Of a stretch of 64,000 nt of DNA, positions 48,155 to 61,994 are shown in pieces. The stretch lies in assembly GCA_036172245.1 (NCBI GenBank), contig JAYWIR010000018.1:186001-250000 (forward strand), given 5' to 3'. The notes under the pieces were generated by a model. It was not told where the DNA came from. It worked only from the letters and a program-made list of their open reading frames with translations, and did no database searches. How positions within the stretch are numbered: the stretch's first letter is position 1; every line of letters begins with the position of its first letter. The position numbers and the translations under genes are program-made. This stretch comes from Raillietiella orientalis. Lineage: Eukaryota.

Positions 48155-51009
48155 ATGAAAAAGATAATTTACAAAGGAAGGTATGAATTTTTGTGCTATT
48201 AAATATTTTGTTACCGCGTGAGGATTACAGGTTTTTGAAAGTCTGTGGACTTTGGATGCCCCTGTTCATGAAAAACTTTCATGCAGTATATATAAATGGT
48301 GTACGTTTGAATGTTTTCAAGTGTTTCTTGCCACGGAACATGCAGTGTATGAGAAATATTCGCTTTTGTCAAAGTTGGACTTTTAAAACAAGAAATTCGT
48401 AACATTTTTGTTGTTGTTTTTGCTTTTTGCCTGTTCCTGATATATCGAAAAGTTGATTGTATCCCACAGAAATGTATTTGGACTGTATGTTAATTTTGAG
48501 GTGATTTTAAAAAAAAATGCTTCAGAATCATGAAAATAATTTTAGTTATTTTAAACGTAACACTTTTCAATGTATTCAGCGATGTAATTTGCAGTCTTAT
48601 GAAGATTTTTGAAGGTTTCACCCCAATTTTTTGTTACTAATTCAGTGATTTCCAGGTATTACAAATTACTTCGGCATTTTTGGAGTACCCATTCATATTC
48701 TCAGTGGCTGTATGCAATGTTCATTTTCAAAATGATTTTTATTATTGACAATTTTTCTTGTGTGTTAATTATGTGCTGCTATTTTAGAAACAAGAAGTTT
48801 ATATGGCTGTTGATCATTTCTATTTGTGTCACTTTGTTAACTATTAAATTACTCCTGATTCCATGGGAAGTAGAGTTTCGTCAGAAAAAAGGCAAGCAGT
48901 TTTTTGCTGATACTCATTACATTTTAAGAATCATGAGGAATGCTAAAGAAAACATTAGTTAGTGTTTGCACTATTTTAAGTAGAATAAGTTAGAATTAGT
49001 CTTTTGATTCGAATTCCTGTAAGTTTAATGTGATATTACTATCAAAAGCACTTAGAAGACTCTAATTTTCAAGTCCTCTTGAAACTTCATTGTTGATTGC
49101 ATATATGTTGTAGATCCTCATCCGCACTGCCTGCAACAAAATTCCCCTAACCTAGTCCATCTGATACAGAATAAACATGCTGTGTTAGCTGCAGCACGTG
49201 ATCAGCCTAATTATGCTCCTTTTGTTAGCAATGGTTTTCTTGGTGCTGTAGCAAATGGAGATAGTGTTGTGTACCTCAGAGATAAGCAGACTATTTCTTT
49301 TCCAATTCCTGTGTATCCGTTTGTGAATGTTATATTTCCTGGACAATCTCTGGTGGAAAATATCTCAGTGATATCACTGATTGGGGGAGTAGTGCATCAC
49401 CTGCAGTGCTATGAGGAAGTCTGGGTTCATCAGCAGTTTTTAGCCCACCGCACTCATCCCAGTTTGCTTATACAGAGCATCTGGATTGTTAATCCTACAA
49501 ACGTGGCTGTGGAATTTCATTTTGAGAAACCGCCCTCTCCATGGCCTACAAGCAGTTGGCACAATGCTAGGTAATACACTCAGCATGTGCAAGTGGACTT
49601 TGAGGAACAAATTTTGCAGTGTGCAGGGTAACAAACCTTTCATTGCCACTGCCAGTCAGATTGACTATGAAGGCAATTCTGCAAAGCTGGCTATAGCTGT
49701 TCTGAGTAGCAAGCATCCAGCGAGAGTGCTGGTGGGTTTTTAAAGCATTTAGAATTTGACATTGATGTTTCATTCTAGGTGCAGCCATCAAGCTCTACTA
49801 CTGTTTGGTTGGCCACTAATATTGCTACAGAAACTGCTCTTAACTTTCAAGATTTACAGCAATCAGCCACTAAAGCATGGCAAAAGGTTCAATCTGTAGG
49901 TATGTGGTGGTTGTACAGTTCCCATTAGGGAGAGAAACCTTAGAACTTGTTGCAAAGTCTCTCTTTTCCCTGGAATGTTTTGCAGCAACAGCATCATACA
50001 GCATGGCAAAAGCTTTGGCAAACTAACTTTGGAATAAGTCAGTCATTAGCTAAGGATGCCCTTAATGGTGATCAGATCAATGCTACATTATATTATGTGC
50101 TGAGCCAAGTACGAGCTCCTCTACATGAGTTAGATGAACCTGCAGCTAATGTTGCAGCAAAGTATGCTGATCTGAATGACCCAGATCCTTGTTATGAGGG
50201 CCACCATACATTGTAAGTAACTTTTTACCGAATTTCACCATTAAAAATACATCAGTGGCATAAACGCAAATCTTTTGTAGGCAAGCATCAATGCTTTGGA
50301 CAGGATTAACTAATGTGGCCGAGATTGCAAAAGTGACTAATTACTGGCTACTTACTTTAATGAAAAAGGGATGTGATCGTCTTGTGTCTGTGGGTGCAGA
50401 TGGCATCATGCAAGCTATGGTGTTGAGTTTTGGTGCCTTTCGATTTACTCATCAACATTTGGAATGCAATATGCATCCCAATCATCTGCATCGAGATATG
50501 GTGTTTCATCACATTCGTTATGGGCCAAATTCTCACCTTACAATCAAAATATACGTTAGGGAAGACAACAAGGCAGAACTAACTGTGTCTTTAATGACAA
50601 CAAATCAAACATTCTATGCTTGTGATGCTGGTTGTTTAGATCAGCCTCAAAAACTCGGCAGAGAGCCAAGAATCTTTCCTATCAAATTGACAGATCCTTT
50701 GACACCCATTTTATATGTTGCATCAGAAAAAACGCATCTTGAAGAACTTAAGCATACAATCCATGTGCAATTAGTCATGGAAGGTAAGATAAATCAGTAA
50801 TATGTAGATGTCTTCTAATGTAAATCCATTAAGCTCCTGCACACGAGCACCATTTATTGGCTCTTCATCGTCATGGCCATTCCTTGGGTGGATTGCCACT
50901 AATGTTTTGGGTGTCATTAATCTTCTTGGTTTCAGTGTTTCATTTGTTTCTTTTAAAACTTATTTATACAGAATACAAGAGAGAACAGCAGTATCATTTA
51001 GTTAGGTAA
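48155..51009 (+). CDS. KIAA2013: KIAA2013-like membrane protein (DUF2152 family)
   Basis: Exons ~48155-48180, 48788-48891, 49114-49570, 49620-49731, 49779-~49890, ~49944-50212, 50281-50783, 50835-51009. Motifs: [84 protein letters not shown]- and C-terminal TM segments are present. The junction near 49890-49957 and the last codons are uncertain. Confidence 0.9.
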
Positions 51010-51452
51010 ATGAGCCCCAAAATGCCTTGCACCATTTCATCAAATTGTGTTGTATATAGAAAGGTGAACATAGCATTTGGTAAGGTGGCCAATGCAAATT
51101 GCTATTATTCTTTCAGTGAATGCATTTGTACTGTTTTTTAGGCAAAGTAAATATATTTGTACACCATCGTGTTGCCATTGTTTGGGTTTTTTTTTTATTG
51201 TTAATTTTAATTCGAGCTGCAATTTTTATGTTGGTGTAAATGTTTGTGTTGATTCTTTTTTCTTTGAATGAAGCGCCATCATACATTATATTTTGTAAAA
51301 TCCAATTTTTCAGCAAAATTGGTTTCAAACTCGGTAGATTTTTCATGACCCTAATTGTGTCGAAAGTCTTGAAATGTAGTGTTTCTGGCCTCCTAAGTAC
51401 ACTCAACATATTTTGAAGTCTCCTTTTCGTGGTGACATGAAAAATTTGTGTA

Positions 51453-52431
51453 ATCTACCCGGGTAATCCCGGGGCGTTTATTAAAAAAACATTCCACAAA
51501 CGTGGTACCAGGTCCCACTAACGGCCACACAACGCCGGACCTGCCGGGACGCAGCCCGACGTGGCTCTCCTCGGCAGTGGAAGGGATGGGGGAGAAAACA
51601 AAAAGAAAAATAAAAAGTAAGGAAAACAAAAAGAAGTTGGAGGGCTGGGAAGGGATCACTGTGCACTGGGAGGAGGGCCCATCCTTCGAAGGAAGCCCTT
51701 TAAGTCCATTCGAATTGTACCCAGCTGGGGCCATCCAGAAGCTCTCGTCAGGAAGCGAACAGCATACGGGATGACGTCCCTCTCGTTCTGGTTCACATCT
51801 TTGTCGCGGGTATCACTCCACGATGCCACGGATGCAGCATAATGCTGCCACGGCTGCGGCTGGCTGCAGGGCATCCCGCACGAACAGAAGTCGGAAAACG
51901 TCTCTGGGCGCGCTGCCCGTAAGGAGCCCTAGGGTCGTCCCAAACCGTTCCCACAGGGGTCGGAGGGCAGCACAGTCAACAAGGTGAGGGAGCGATGCCC
52001 GCTGCCCACACCGGGCACACCCAGGATTTACTCTCCCCCGGGTCCAGTGGAAGCAGCGCGCGTTGCAGGGCAGACCCCAATGCAACGTCAGCAGCGCCGA
52101 CTCTTGCCACTTGAGGGGGAGAATCCTGGATCCAATTAAAACCGGGGGCCACTTCAGGTCATCCGTCGGGATGCCGAGCAGCTCGCCCCATCTTGCAAGT
52201 CCTCGCGAGAGGGCACTCGGGCTCGTGGCATCCGCCAGTTCTCCCGTGGTCCAACCGTTTAACATCTCTCGTCCTGAGATCCGGCAGGAGACTTGCCACT
52301 TCGGCGTCCGGCCGCTGGTAAGGGCCCTATACAGAAAGGGCAGCGCCGTAGCTAAAGGGGTGGTCTCCGCCCACGTGCTTCTGGCGGGACACAGCAAAGT
52401 GGACCGCAGAGTGCAGCAGGCGTGTAAATGG
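51453..52431 (-). mobile_element. 5'-truncated L1/Tx1-like LINE insertion, best-preserved copy, with target-site duplication
   Basis: Open frame LKWQESALLTLHWGLPCNARCFHW..PGCARCGQRASLPHLVDCAALRPLW (zf-RVT-like), T-rich 3' UTR and AATAAA at 51482-51477. It is flanked by AAAATTTGTGTA at 51441-51452 and 52432-52443, where the GC content changes abruptly. Confidence 0.85.
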
Positions 52432-53389
52432 AAAATTTGTGTACTGGGCCCAAGAGCGAAGACGATGTTTCTGTGCCTGTTTGTTTCATGTACTTCGAAA
52501 TTATTTACTTTGGCTTGCATTCGTTCATAGCATCTTCAATGTCACCGTTTGCGAATAGTGATCCTATGCAAATGTGGTTCCGTAGAATTTCATTCGTTTC
52601 GTAAAGACATAAGAAATGAGACTTCATTCTCCCTGAAAAATTTATGGGCCGCTTGTACGGGAGCGAGCTCGTTCGTTGAGGGTAGCGTACTTTTCGTACG
52701 CTACTTGTAACTATCGTGGTACACCACGTGAACTAAACCGAAAGCATGGGATTGCACGTTTCTGCAGGTAATCGAAAACGAAACTTGGCAACCCGTTTTG
52801 CTGAATCGCTTGGGGCAACGATTTGGGGTGCAATTGGTTGTCGAGTAGCCTGTACTGAACACATGAATAAAACGCCTCTCCCGGAGTTGAGTGTTTATCA
52901 AATCGTTAGCGGTTTCCGTAAGGCGAGGTAACGGTTGCACAGGAATGGTGGTTTCCAGAAAGTGGCAGCGAAGGGGTTTCCTTCAACGGTGCATTATTAG
53001 GAACATCTCCGTGTCCGTTAGATCCCCGGAAACCAGTGATACCACAAGTAATGGATACCACAAATGAGCATGGCTCAGGGAGTAGTCTCTTTTTCATGGG
53101 GAAAAATTCAAACATCTCGTACAGGAGATGTCTTCAGTTTATGAAGAAGGCATTGAAGAATGTTTCTTCGAGTTTCGACTCAATTTTAAGAAACATGCAG
53201 CCTATTTTTGTGTCTGTATATTTGTTTTTCACTGTTTTGATTTGTGTTTTGTTTGTCCTTACTGTTTTCATTGTCATTATTTCTTGTTATGTTGTGTATT
53301 CTTCAAGACTGAAGCATGCACGGCATAAAGAGCGGAGCATTTAAGATACTTAAGAAAATTGGAAATGATTTTAAAAATATTTGTGTAAA

Positions 53390-53660
53390 ACCTTTTGATG
53401 TGCAACTTGCCCACTCGTGATTTACCGTCAAACAGTGCCACTAATCGTATTCCCATCTTCATACTATCAAATTCATTCATGAATTTCTTACTCGCAATTT
53501 CAATAAAACTTATTACAATATTCTGTATTGAGTTTACCTCTGTTCACAAGCACATACCTCTGTTCAACATTGACCACATTATCTTCAACTTTGTAGACTA
53601 TCTCTCATCTTCACCTCTATTTCTACCATCTGCAAACAAAACTTTCCCATGAATCCATTT
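53390..53660 (+). mobile_element. Possible CR1/L2-type LINE endonuclease relic
   Basis: LPTR..NRIPIFILSN..PLFNIDHIIFN resembles PTR..N.LDL.L..PL..SDH..I.F. Confidence 0.4.
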
Positions 53661-56600
53661 CTGCAAATAAAACTTTGCTTCCGCTATCGCATGTATAAAT
53701 GCGCTCCTGTCGTAATATTAAAAAGACCTCCCGGAAGAAAAGATAGATTTGGAGCGAGCACACTGACTCTTGGGAATCCTACCGACAAAACTGTGGCCAG
53801 ATCAAACAAGCAATAACAGTCATGCTTCCCACAGTTATTTTGTCTCCTTTTTCTAAATACTCTTTCAAGAACGACGACGATTTAACTCTCACTCTCTAAC
53901 TGATGACATTATTATACTATCTGCTGTAGAATTTCGGATTCTACACGTTTTTTTTTTTTTTTTCCCTGAATCCATTTTCCCGGAAGAAAGGAAAACAAAC
54001 TGATTATTTTGTATGCTCATCACAGTCACTTTGGACTGCTTTTATCCTTGGAACCTACAGAATATTTCATATTTACTTCCACATTAGATTATTTCCGACT
54101 CTCTACGCTTCTTCAACAAATTCTTCATGGTATTTCGTGGCCTTCATGTAATTTCTGGTCACATCTCCCTCACTTCTCATCTCACATTTCCTCTGATTCC
54201 TCGTTTACGATTTGAATTGTGATACTAGAATACACTGCGTAAGTGTTCTTACATTACATACCTCCGATTACACTCTTTAGTATAAATGGAACAGTCATTT
54301 ACAATTATTCCAACTATTACTAAATGAGGAGCATGTGGATGATTTTGCTTAAATTGTGGATTTCGAAATCCATAGAGATTTGTAGATTGACAGAATTCAA
54401 AGCTGAAACTCGAAATTTTGTTCCCAGTTTTGCAGGTGATTAAGCTCCAATCTCCATTCTGAATTTTATAAATTGTTGACCTCTGTGCTTCCATCGAGAT
54501 GTAAGGTTTTTTTGTCTGGTACTGTCTTTCTCTCAAGTATTATATAACGTTTCCGGTCTACTAATTCTAAAGAGTGAGTAATTCAGGGAAAAAGCATCGG
54601 ATAAATTTTGCTAATGTGCAATTTTAGATTTTATAAAGAGCTTACTTTATTGAGATTTTATACCACTTGGAAATTGAAATTAGCTCGTAAAGCAACAACT
54701 AAACTCCTTAAAATAATAAAAGCATTTGCAATTATAGTTGTATTCAACTCCCAGTTAATTAGTCGTTTGTAATTTTCCTTTGATTTTACTCTTTCGTATT
54801 GAAATTAATTTCTGTGAAATTTTCCTAGGGGACATTTCAGGAATAATATTGATAAGTTGATCATTAATAAGACTTCTCAATGAGAATTAAATAATCTATG
54901 CCATTTTTTTTACTGATTAAAAAAACAAATTTGTCTGTTTGTTTGTTGATATATATTAAAAGTTATAGTGAATGTTTTATCTCTTGAGGCATTTTCAAAA
55001 TAAGGCAGGCATTCTTTCTTTAAAAAACGAGATCTCTCTAAATAGCTGGTATCCAAGTAAACATCAGATTCATCCAACTATGTACCTACGTATGTATGTT
55101 ACTATAAATTAAACAGGATAATTTGGAAATCATATTTAAACCCTAATTCTTATTGAGGACTATTCTTATTGCGCTTATTGAGGAAATGATGAATGATATT
55201 GCATGTAGAATAAGGGCAGAGAAACAAAAAGTGGAAGGATCAAATGGTGAGATGGATGCTGCTCTGAACAGCACCAAAATTTGTTAACCACCACCAAAAC
55301 AGCAAAACTAAAATGCATTTGTCAGACGAAACACTTCAGAATTTTTCGCGTAGGAACACGACAAAGAAGGACACTGCAGTGATCAACGAATGGTACCATA
55401 GTGCAGCAGAAAGCACATGTGCATTGTTCTTTAGCTACAGCACAAATCGGATAATTAGCATAATGCTCAAATTAGATGTATCCAAACTTAGAATGCAGTG
55501 GCTCCATTCACTGTCAGTCTTTTAAAATTGACTGACTTTCCAGGCTGGAGGAATGCTTTTCATCTGCAATCCCTGTCGCTCTGAAGTGTCAGGTTTGGAA
55601 TCATCTCTATCTGTGATTTGTCACAGATCTTTTAAAAAACATTGTTTTGAGGCTTCAGAAACTGCAACGGTGGGTGTGTTTCTATCGGAAAGCGTGGTCA
55701 TGTGAAGAAAGGCATATGCCCAGCACAGAGTATTGCAGGCAGTCAAATGCGTGAAGGTATTTCCCTCTTCTACATGTGTTTATTGAATGTATTCCATGTT
55801 TCTTTTTCTTTTTTTTTTTTATTGATACGGCTGGACAAATTTGAATTTTCATGAATAAGAAGAGTGTTTGTTTGCCTTTTTCCAATATTACTACTATGCT
55901 GCATTTTTGATTCTTTAATCATGTATAGGCAGGAAACAAAAAAACTTCTGGCTTGGTTTCCATTTTAGCATTCTTATCAGCATCATCTTCATCAGGAGGA
56001 TGTCGAACTTTCTGCTATCCAAGTCATCTACATGATTTTCCGAAAGTGGGTACGAGGTTCTTGCCCTTATTACATCTGAAAAAACATCTAGTGATAAGCG
56101 AAAAAGTTCTCTTAATTAAAATGGGCAATCTTGCTTTCGTACACGGAATTGAAGATCTTCGAACATCATTAGTTTTCTAACAGCAAAAAACAGTTTACCG
56201 TATTATTCCTTGATGAAGAACTGAAAATTCTCATGGAATATTTTCAGTCACATGTTGAATCAAAAGATTCCGCAAGATCTTTCAGTTTCAGTATGCATCA
56301 TTTCTATATTTCTGTAGGTAATTTTGCAAAATTAGAAGACTGAAAGATCGAGACTTAAGACTGGATGATTTTCAGTCTCGTAATTACATATAAAAAGCAG
56401 AACGAGAATTTGTTAGTTGCTGTTTTTCTTAAATCATTTACGTAATGCAACATAACATCAAAAATTGCATCAAAAATTAATGCATGAAGGAGTCTGGGAA
56501 TTGCCTCCACTTTACATCCGATTTCAGCCAGATATTTAGAATTTAACATTTCTAAGGCATCTTTCGTTTCGTGATAATCGTGCTATATCAAAGATACTAA

Positions 56601-58347
56601 TGGAATACAATTAGAAGTAGACATCTTTGACTGATTTCAAATTACTTGCATTGTGCTACGCAGGTGATTTAAAGTTCAGTATTCACTTCAGATCTCTCTT
56701 GTACTCTCTACTTGTCTCTTAACTCGTTCACTGCTCTGCTGCAAACTTGGTTTACAAATTTTGAAAGAGTTTCTTCAGAACTGCACAACTTGACTCAAAC
56801 TTTGCTCTCTACGTAGGTATGCGTTTTTTTTCCCCTCCAACTTACTATGGGAAGTTGCACACACGTTAGTTGCGCTCCAGTCCTGTTTTAATTGCATACT
56901 TTTCCGTCTGAAGTATGGAGTCCCTTGTGTTCCCATTCATGTCTCCCCGTAAATCTCTTTACCATATTTCTCCAAATTTCAAATTCCGAGTAGGTTTATA
57001 AAAAAGGGACATGCGAACACCGACTGCGGCCTTCCAGCATACTTGGGAACTGCATTCACGTGAGTGTACTCTTTTGCTTTTGAAAATTCGAAACATTTTG
57101 GAAATCCCTACGGATGCTAAAGTTTTTGGTTGCCTGCTTGCAATGAATGTGAGTTCGAATTTTTAGGTGCATGGAGCTTTGTGAAAGCCAGGCATATATG
57201 AAAAGCAATGGAAGTTACCCAGTATTTTCTTTATATTTCTCGACTTTCGAAAATGATCTTAATCAGGGTGATTGAGTGGAATTTGTGATGCAGTTCCGTG
57301 CAGTTATGTATGGCGACCACGAATATGCTCTAGGAAAAATGGATCAAACTGCAGTCCAGACAATCGGCGTGCAAGCAGTTTGCTCACAGATCAAGCTGAA
57401 CCAAAGCAGCATTGTTAAGAGTAAAGCTTATTGGCGCTCAAGTACACTTTCTAATAAAATTGACTCGGTAATGTTTTGGTTACCCCATTACTAATTGATT
57501 GATTTCTTGAGGAGATTCTATGGAATTAATGTCCACTAAGTGAATTGCATAGTATCCTACCTCTCATTAACCATGTTAATAACATTTCTGAAGATAATTT
57601 GGGTTCATTCCATGCTTTAATCATGTTTAAGTTAGTGAAGTTGAGATTACAGGAAAAATGTCTTGCAGTTTCCTGTATCCACAACTGCTGCGCTCTTACT
57701 TTTATAGTTAGCAAAACATGACCAGAGAACGTGCCAGCATATTTCTTTGCCCTTCAAATCAATTTGTATTTTCTCTGTTATATTTTTGCAAGGCAGGGTT
57801 TGTGCAATTAAGCACTAAGATAACAACAAAATACACAAATACCACTTAAGATATTTATTATTTCTTGATGGAACCAATTCTGATTTAAAGTATATCCCTC
57901 CCTTTAACTGCTCATAATTTTTAGTGAGAATTTTGGATAGCAATGTAACCACACTATCCTTACTCGTATCAACGTAACCAAGGAGGTAAATGCCTGGCTA
58001 CATAATAACGATGTAGCCTGACCAAGTAACACACAATGCAAAGGTGTTGCAATGTCATAGATGGTGTGAAAACAATAAGGCATCTGTTGTGTAATAATGG
58101 GGATAAGTTTTCTTGAAACGAAAATTCATGTTAAGATTCTTCAAGGAAGGCATCTGCTTTCCCGTATCTCCCTTCCCTAACCCTCAGTTGCTGACGCCTT
58201 AAGACTAAATGATGGTCCCTCCCAAACACTTAGACCTATGTAAAAGAGGTGGACAGTCAGACTGAGTAGCAGACTGCTTCCATGGCACTGCTACCTAAGG
58301 GATGCAATGAGTTATGTCAAATAGTAACATGACATACCCAGGTTTCT

Positions 58348-61300
58348 TCATACTCCATAGAAGAAAGCAAGATGCTCCTTCAGTTGACTAGGTATCTGTT
58401 CCATGAACTGTTTCCATGTTTCATCACCTACATGAGCTTTATAAGCATGCAAAATCTGAGAAACATACCAAGGATCAAGTGCTGATCATGAACAGACTTA
58501 CTTTGAAAAACATTTCTTTCAGATCTGGTTTGGGTGTGATCCATGATGCAATGCCATCACAGAAATACAGAAAATCATGGACAGCACCATCAGGGTTAAG
58601 AGTAACCATCTGACAAATACCACGAAAAGCTGAATCTTTCTCATCATTATCTTTTATATTCCTCAAGGAAGCACACCTGAGAAGCACGATAAAAGATGTA
58701 CATATACATAACAACTCATAGACCATGCAAGTTATTTTATTTGTACACATATCAAGTTCACAATCAGCAGAAAAAAAGCAAATTACAAACCATGGACGAA
58801 TGAATTGTTGTAAGTATGGAGCAACATCTTGAGGGCAAACAAAACCAAGTCGACCAATAGTGATAGCTATAATTTGCAGCACATCCAGAAACAGAAACAT
58901 AGAAAGAAAGGAAAAAAAAATGAAATGAAAATCACATCAATGAAGATGAAGTGTCAATTATGAAACTTACAATGAACTAAAGCAACTGATTTTTATAAAT
59001 AACAACATACAAGCTGCAAACTCACCTGTATTTTCCAGCAATGTCTTTGGAGCATTTGGATGATTCACAGTATTCAGAAGTTGGTCCAAAACCATAGGAA
59101 TAAAGGTTTTCATTTCAGCTCCTAAAATGTTGATTCAAAGAAGCTCCTTTTCTATAGTAATGCAAACCTAATCTGATTGCAATTTCACCTACTGCCCAAG
59201 TTGCATTATTGCACACTGATATTTCTTTTGGATTCAGATTTTGGCCCAAAATAGGCATCAAATCATCTGACAACATAACATTGATCTGATATCATACAAT
59301 CTGACTCACTTGTATATGGCTTTACATGATGAAAGCAAGCTTTGCTGAGATCACCCAAAAGGGCAAAGGAACTCTGTCTGACCTCTGGCATAGCATCTTG
59401 CATGCACTGGAATAGTAACTGCATTGCATTGGAAGAGCGCACCAAATCTTCAATATGTGAACCCAAGCCTTCAGCTAACCCTGACAACAGATCCAATGCA
59501 ACAATCATGAAATCCTTATCAGGGGGATCAAATTGGTCTGGGTGTTGACAATTGGCCTAATCATACATCACATATACCTTATCTTTATCAAAACACCAAA
59601 CACACACTCACAATTGTCTGATTCAGAGTCTTTTCCACTAAAGAAATGCAGCGTTGAAAAACAGGTTTACAGTATGGTAAAAAACCAGACTGCAAAGCAG
59701 TAGCCACACTTGATAAACATTCCAGTAGAGGAAAAAGATCTTTTTCTTCATCTTTCAGTAAATTCCACTTGTGCATTAGTGGTGGCATCAAAAGAGCTAC
59801 ATATTCCTGGCGGTTAAGATGGGGACCAACTGAGTCAGCCAATGTACCAATTGCATCATATAAAATTAACAAGTTTTTGTGCTAAATATGATTTCCTAAG
59901 GATGAAGTCTTTTCAAATACTCACTTGATACTTGCTAAAAGCAAACACCAGAGTCTCTAAAATGAATCCCAAGTAGGGAACTAAATCAGTACAAGCCTCT
60001 TCTTCAAGAGTAGCAAAAGCACTACATGCTGCCTCTTGCACACGTTTATTGGAATCCAAAATGCGTTTTAATAGCTACCACTTTTTTATTATATGGTAAA
60101 CATAATTTACGAACCTCAGTCATCAAAGGTTTTAGATATGTATCGTGGGGCTGTTGTACTACCCAGTGAGCATATCGACTCAGTGTCCAACATGTAATGG
60201 ATCGCACCAACGACCTCTTGTCATCCAAACAACTGATTAAGTAAGGTATGAGTTCAGGTAAATGGCAAACCATGCCATTCATGCAGCCTTCAGCAATGGC
60301 CCCTAATGCTAAAATCCCTGATTCTTGAATTTCCCACTGGGAATGAAATAATGTCTCTTTAAGAATAGGCAATAGCACTGGCAGAATATCTTCATGAAAC
60401 ACATTTGCCAGAACATCTAAAGCTGCTGCACTACATTTCCCTGAATGATGCAAATCCGAAAATAACTCCACATCGTGTATCTTATGTCCTCACTCAAATT
60501 CCATTCTGAAGCTGAGCCACTGTTCTCATCATCATCATCATCTTCATCAGAATCACCATTGGCCACTTTCTCTTCATGTAACTTTTGAGAATGGATACGT
60601 GGTTTGTGAAATCTTGGACAGATGTCCTCATCTTTATCTGGGATCATCTCATCTTCCACATCACCCTATTCATATTTTACATACAGTCGTAAATTCAACA
60701 AAATACCTTCAACAAAATAACATCAATTTCTGAATAGCGCATGCCATGCACCAACACAGGCACCAAGTGTTGCAGGTGATTGAACAGAGTTTCCTTACAA
60801 ATGGACTGCTCAGCTAAACTCAACCAGAATTCACATGCTTCCAGACACACACCTTGATCCACATCTTGTGTTCGCATTAGCATGTACTGCAAAGAAGCAA
60901 GTTTACAATCAATTTTCTCGGAAAATTTACCTCGACAATGCTGTTTATATAAGGCATCAATCGATCTATACGCACGTCTATTAACATAACAAAAGCACGG
61001 CATACATTTCTTCTGACTTCTACATTCTCATCTCCAGCCAAACAAAACAGATTCTAAAAGGGAAAGAAAAAAAGACAATTTCATAAAACATTAGCAAGGT
61101 GGATTCCGTAAAAAAAATACCTGAAGAAACTGATCAATGTGTGTCATGAGCACCTGAGTACGATTCAAAATGAAATGGTTGACACAGGCCAAAGCATGTG
61201 ACCTGCAAAGATTATCAGATAGACTTCATACTAACCAACCTGATTTTAGCACTATTATGCTTAAAAAATAACAGAAACTTAGGGATCAAAACATCCAAAG

Positions 61301-61994
61301 GGCGGCTAAGAGCTTCACTATCAAGCATTTCAGCTGCATCTTCACAAATCTTTTGAAGGGTTCCAAATGCACCCTGTTAATCAAAAAACGGGAACATATT
61401 CCAAAAAAAGTATGTGAAGTACCTCACACACATTGTAATCCTCGGAATCTAACATGCTACACAAACGTGGTAACAGTTCAGGCCACTGAACTAATTCCAT
61501 TTTGGATACAATAGTTGTAATAAGAATTCCTATTGTAGCACGAATTAAGGGTGAGGGATCACCAATAGAATTTAAACATTCTGATTTCAAAAAATCCGAC
61601 ACTTCTTTAGGAAACAAGTGGTACAGAGATTTTACATTATTCTTTAAAATCAAACCACTTAATGAACGTGTTGTCTCATCTGAGAAGCACGAAACAATTT
61701 TTTTTTTTTTAAATTTAGCCTCACCTTCTTTTGTTAATTTGGTTAACACATAAACCAGATAACTATTGAAATCTGGATATTTACTAAGTTCTTCTAGTTT
61801 CTAAAGATAAAAACGAAAAAATATTATGCACACATTCAAAAGAAGAATGCTACTACCTGTTGCACCACTTGCTGAATATGAGTATCATTGGATTGGGATT
61901 CTTTTAGTAGTTGTAATATCTGCTTTAAACCATCTTCTTGTGGTTGCCATGTTTGCATCATATTAACTTGGCTAGTCATTCCTACATCGGGCAT
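58348..61994 (-). CDS. TNPO1: Transportin-1 (importin beta-2 / karyopherin beta-2)
   Basis: 17 exons separated by 16 GT-AG introns: 61856-61801, 61724-61680, 61422-61374, 61239-61203, 61120-61054, 60930-60887, 60706-60666, 60493-60441, 60114-60075, 59924-59882, 59611-59557, 59309-59267, 59167-59122, 59025-58867, 58790-58677, 58501-58456. Motifs: [26 protein letters not shown], acidic loop, [52 protein letters not shown], ending FYGV*. The start may be 61994, 61979 or slightly downstream. Confidence 0.96.

Noticed and set aside
56355..56549. RTE-like RT fragment
   Set aside because: One weak motif only; too degenerate to call.
58175..58270. Telomeric repeat or C/D snoRNA downstream of TNPO1
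   Set aside because: Only a single CCCTAA and isolated box-like hexamers without a terminal stem.
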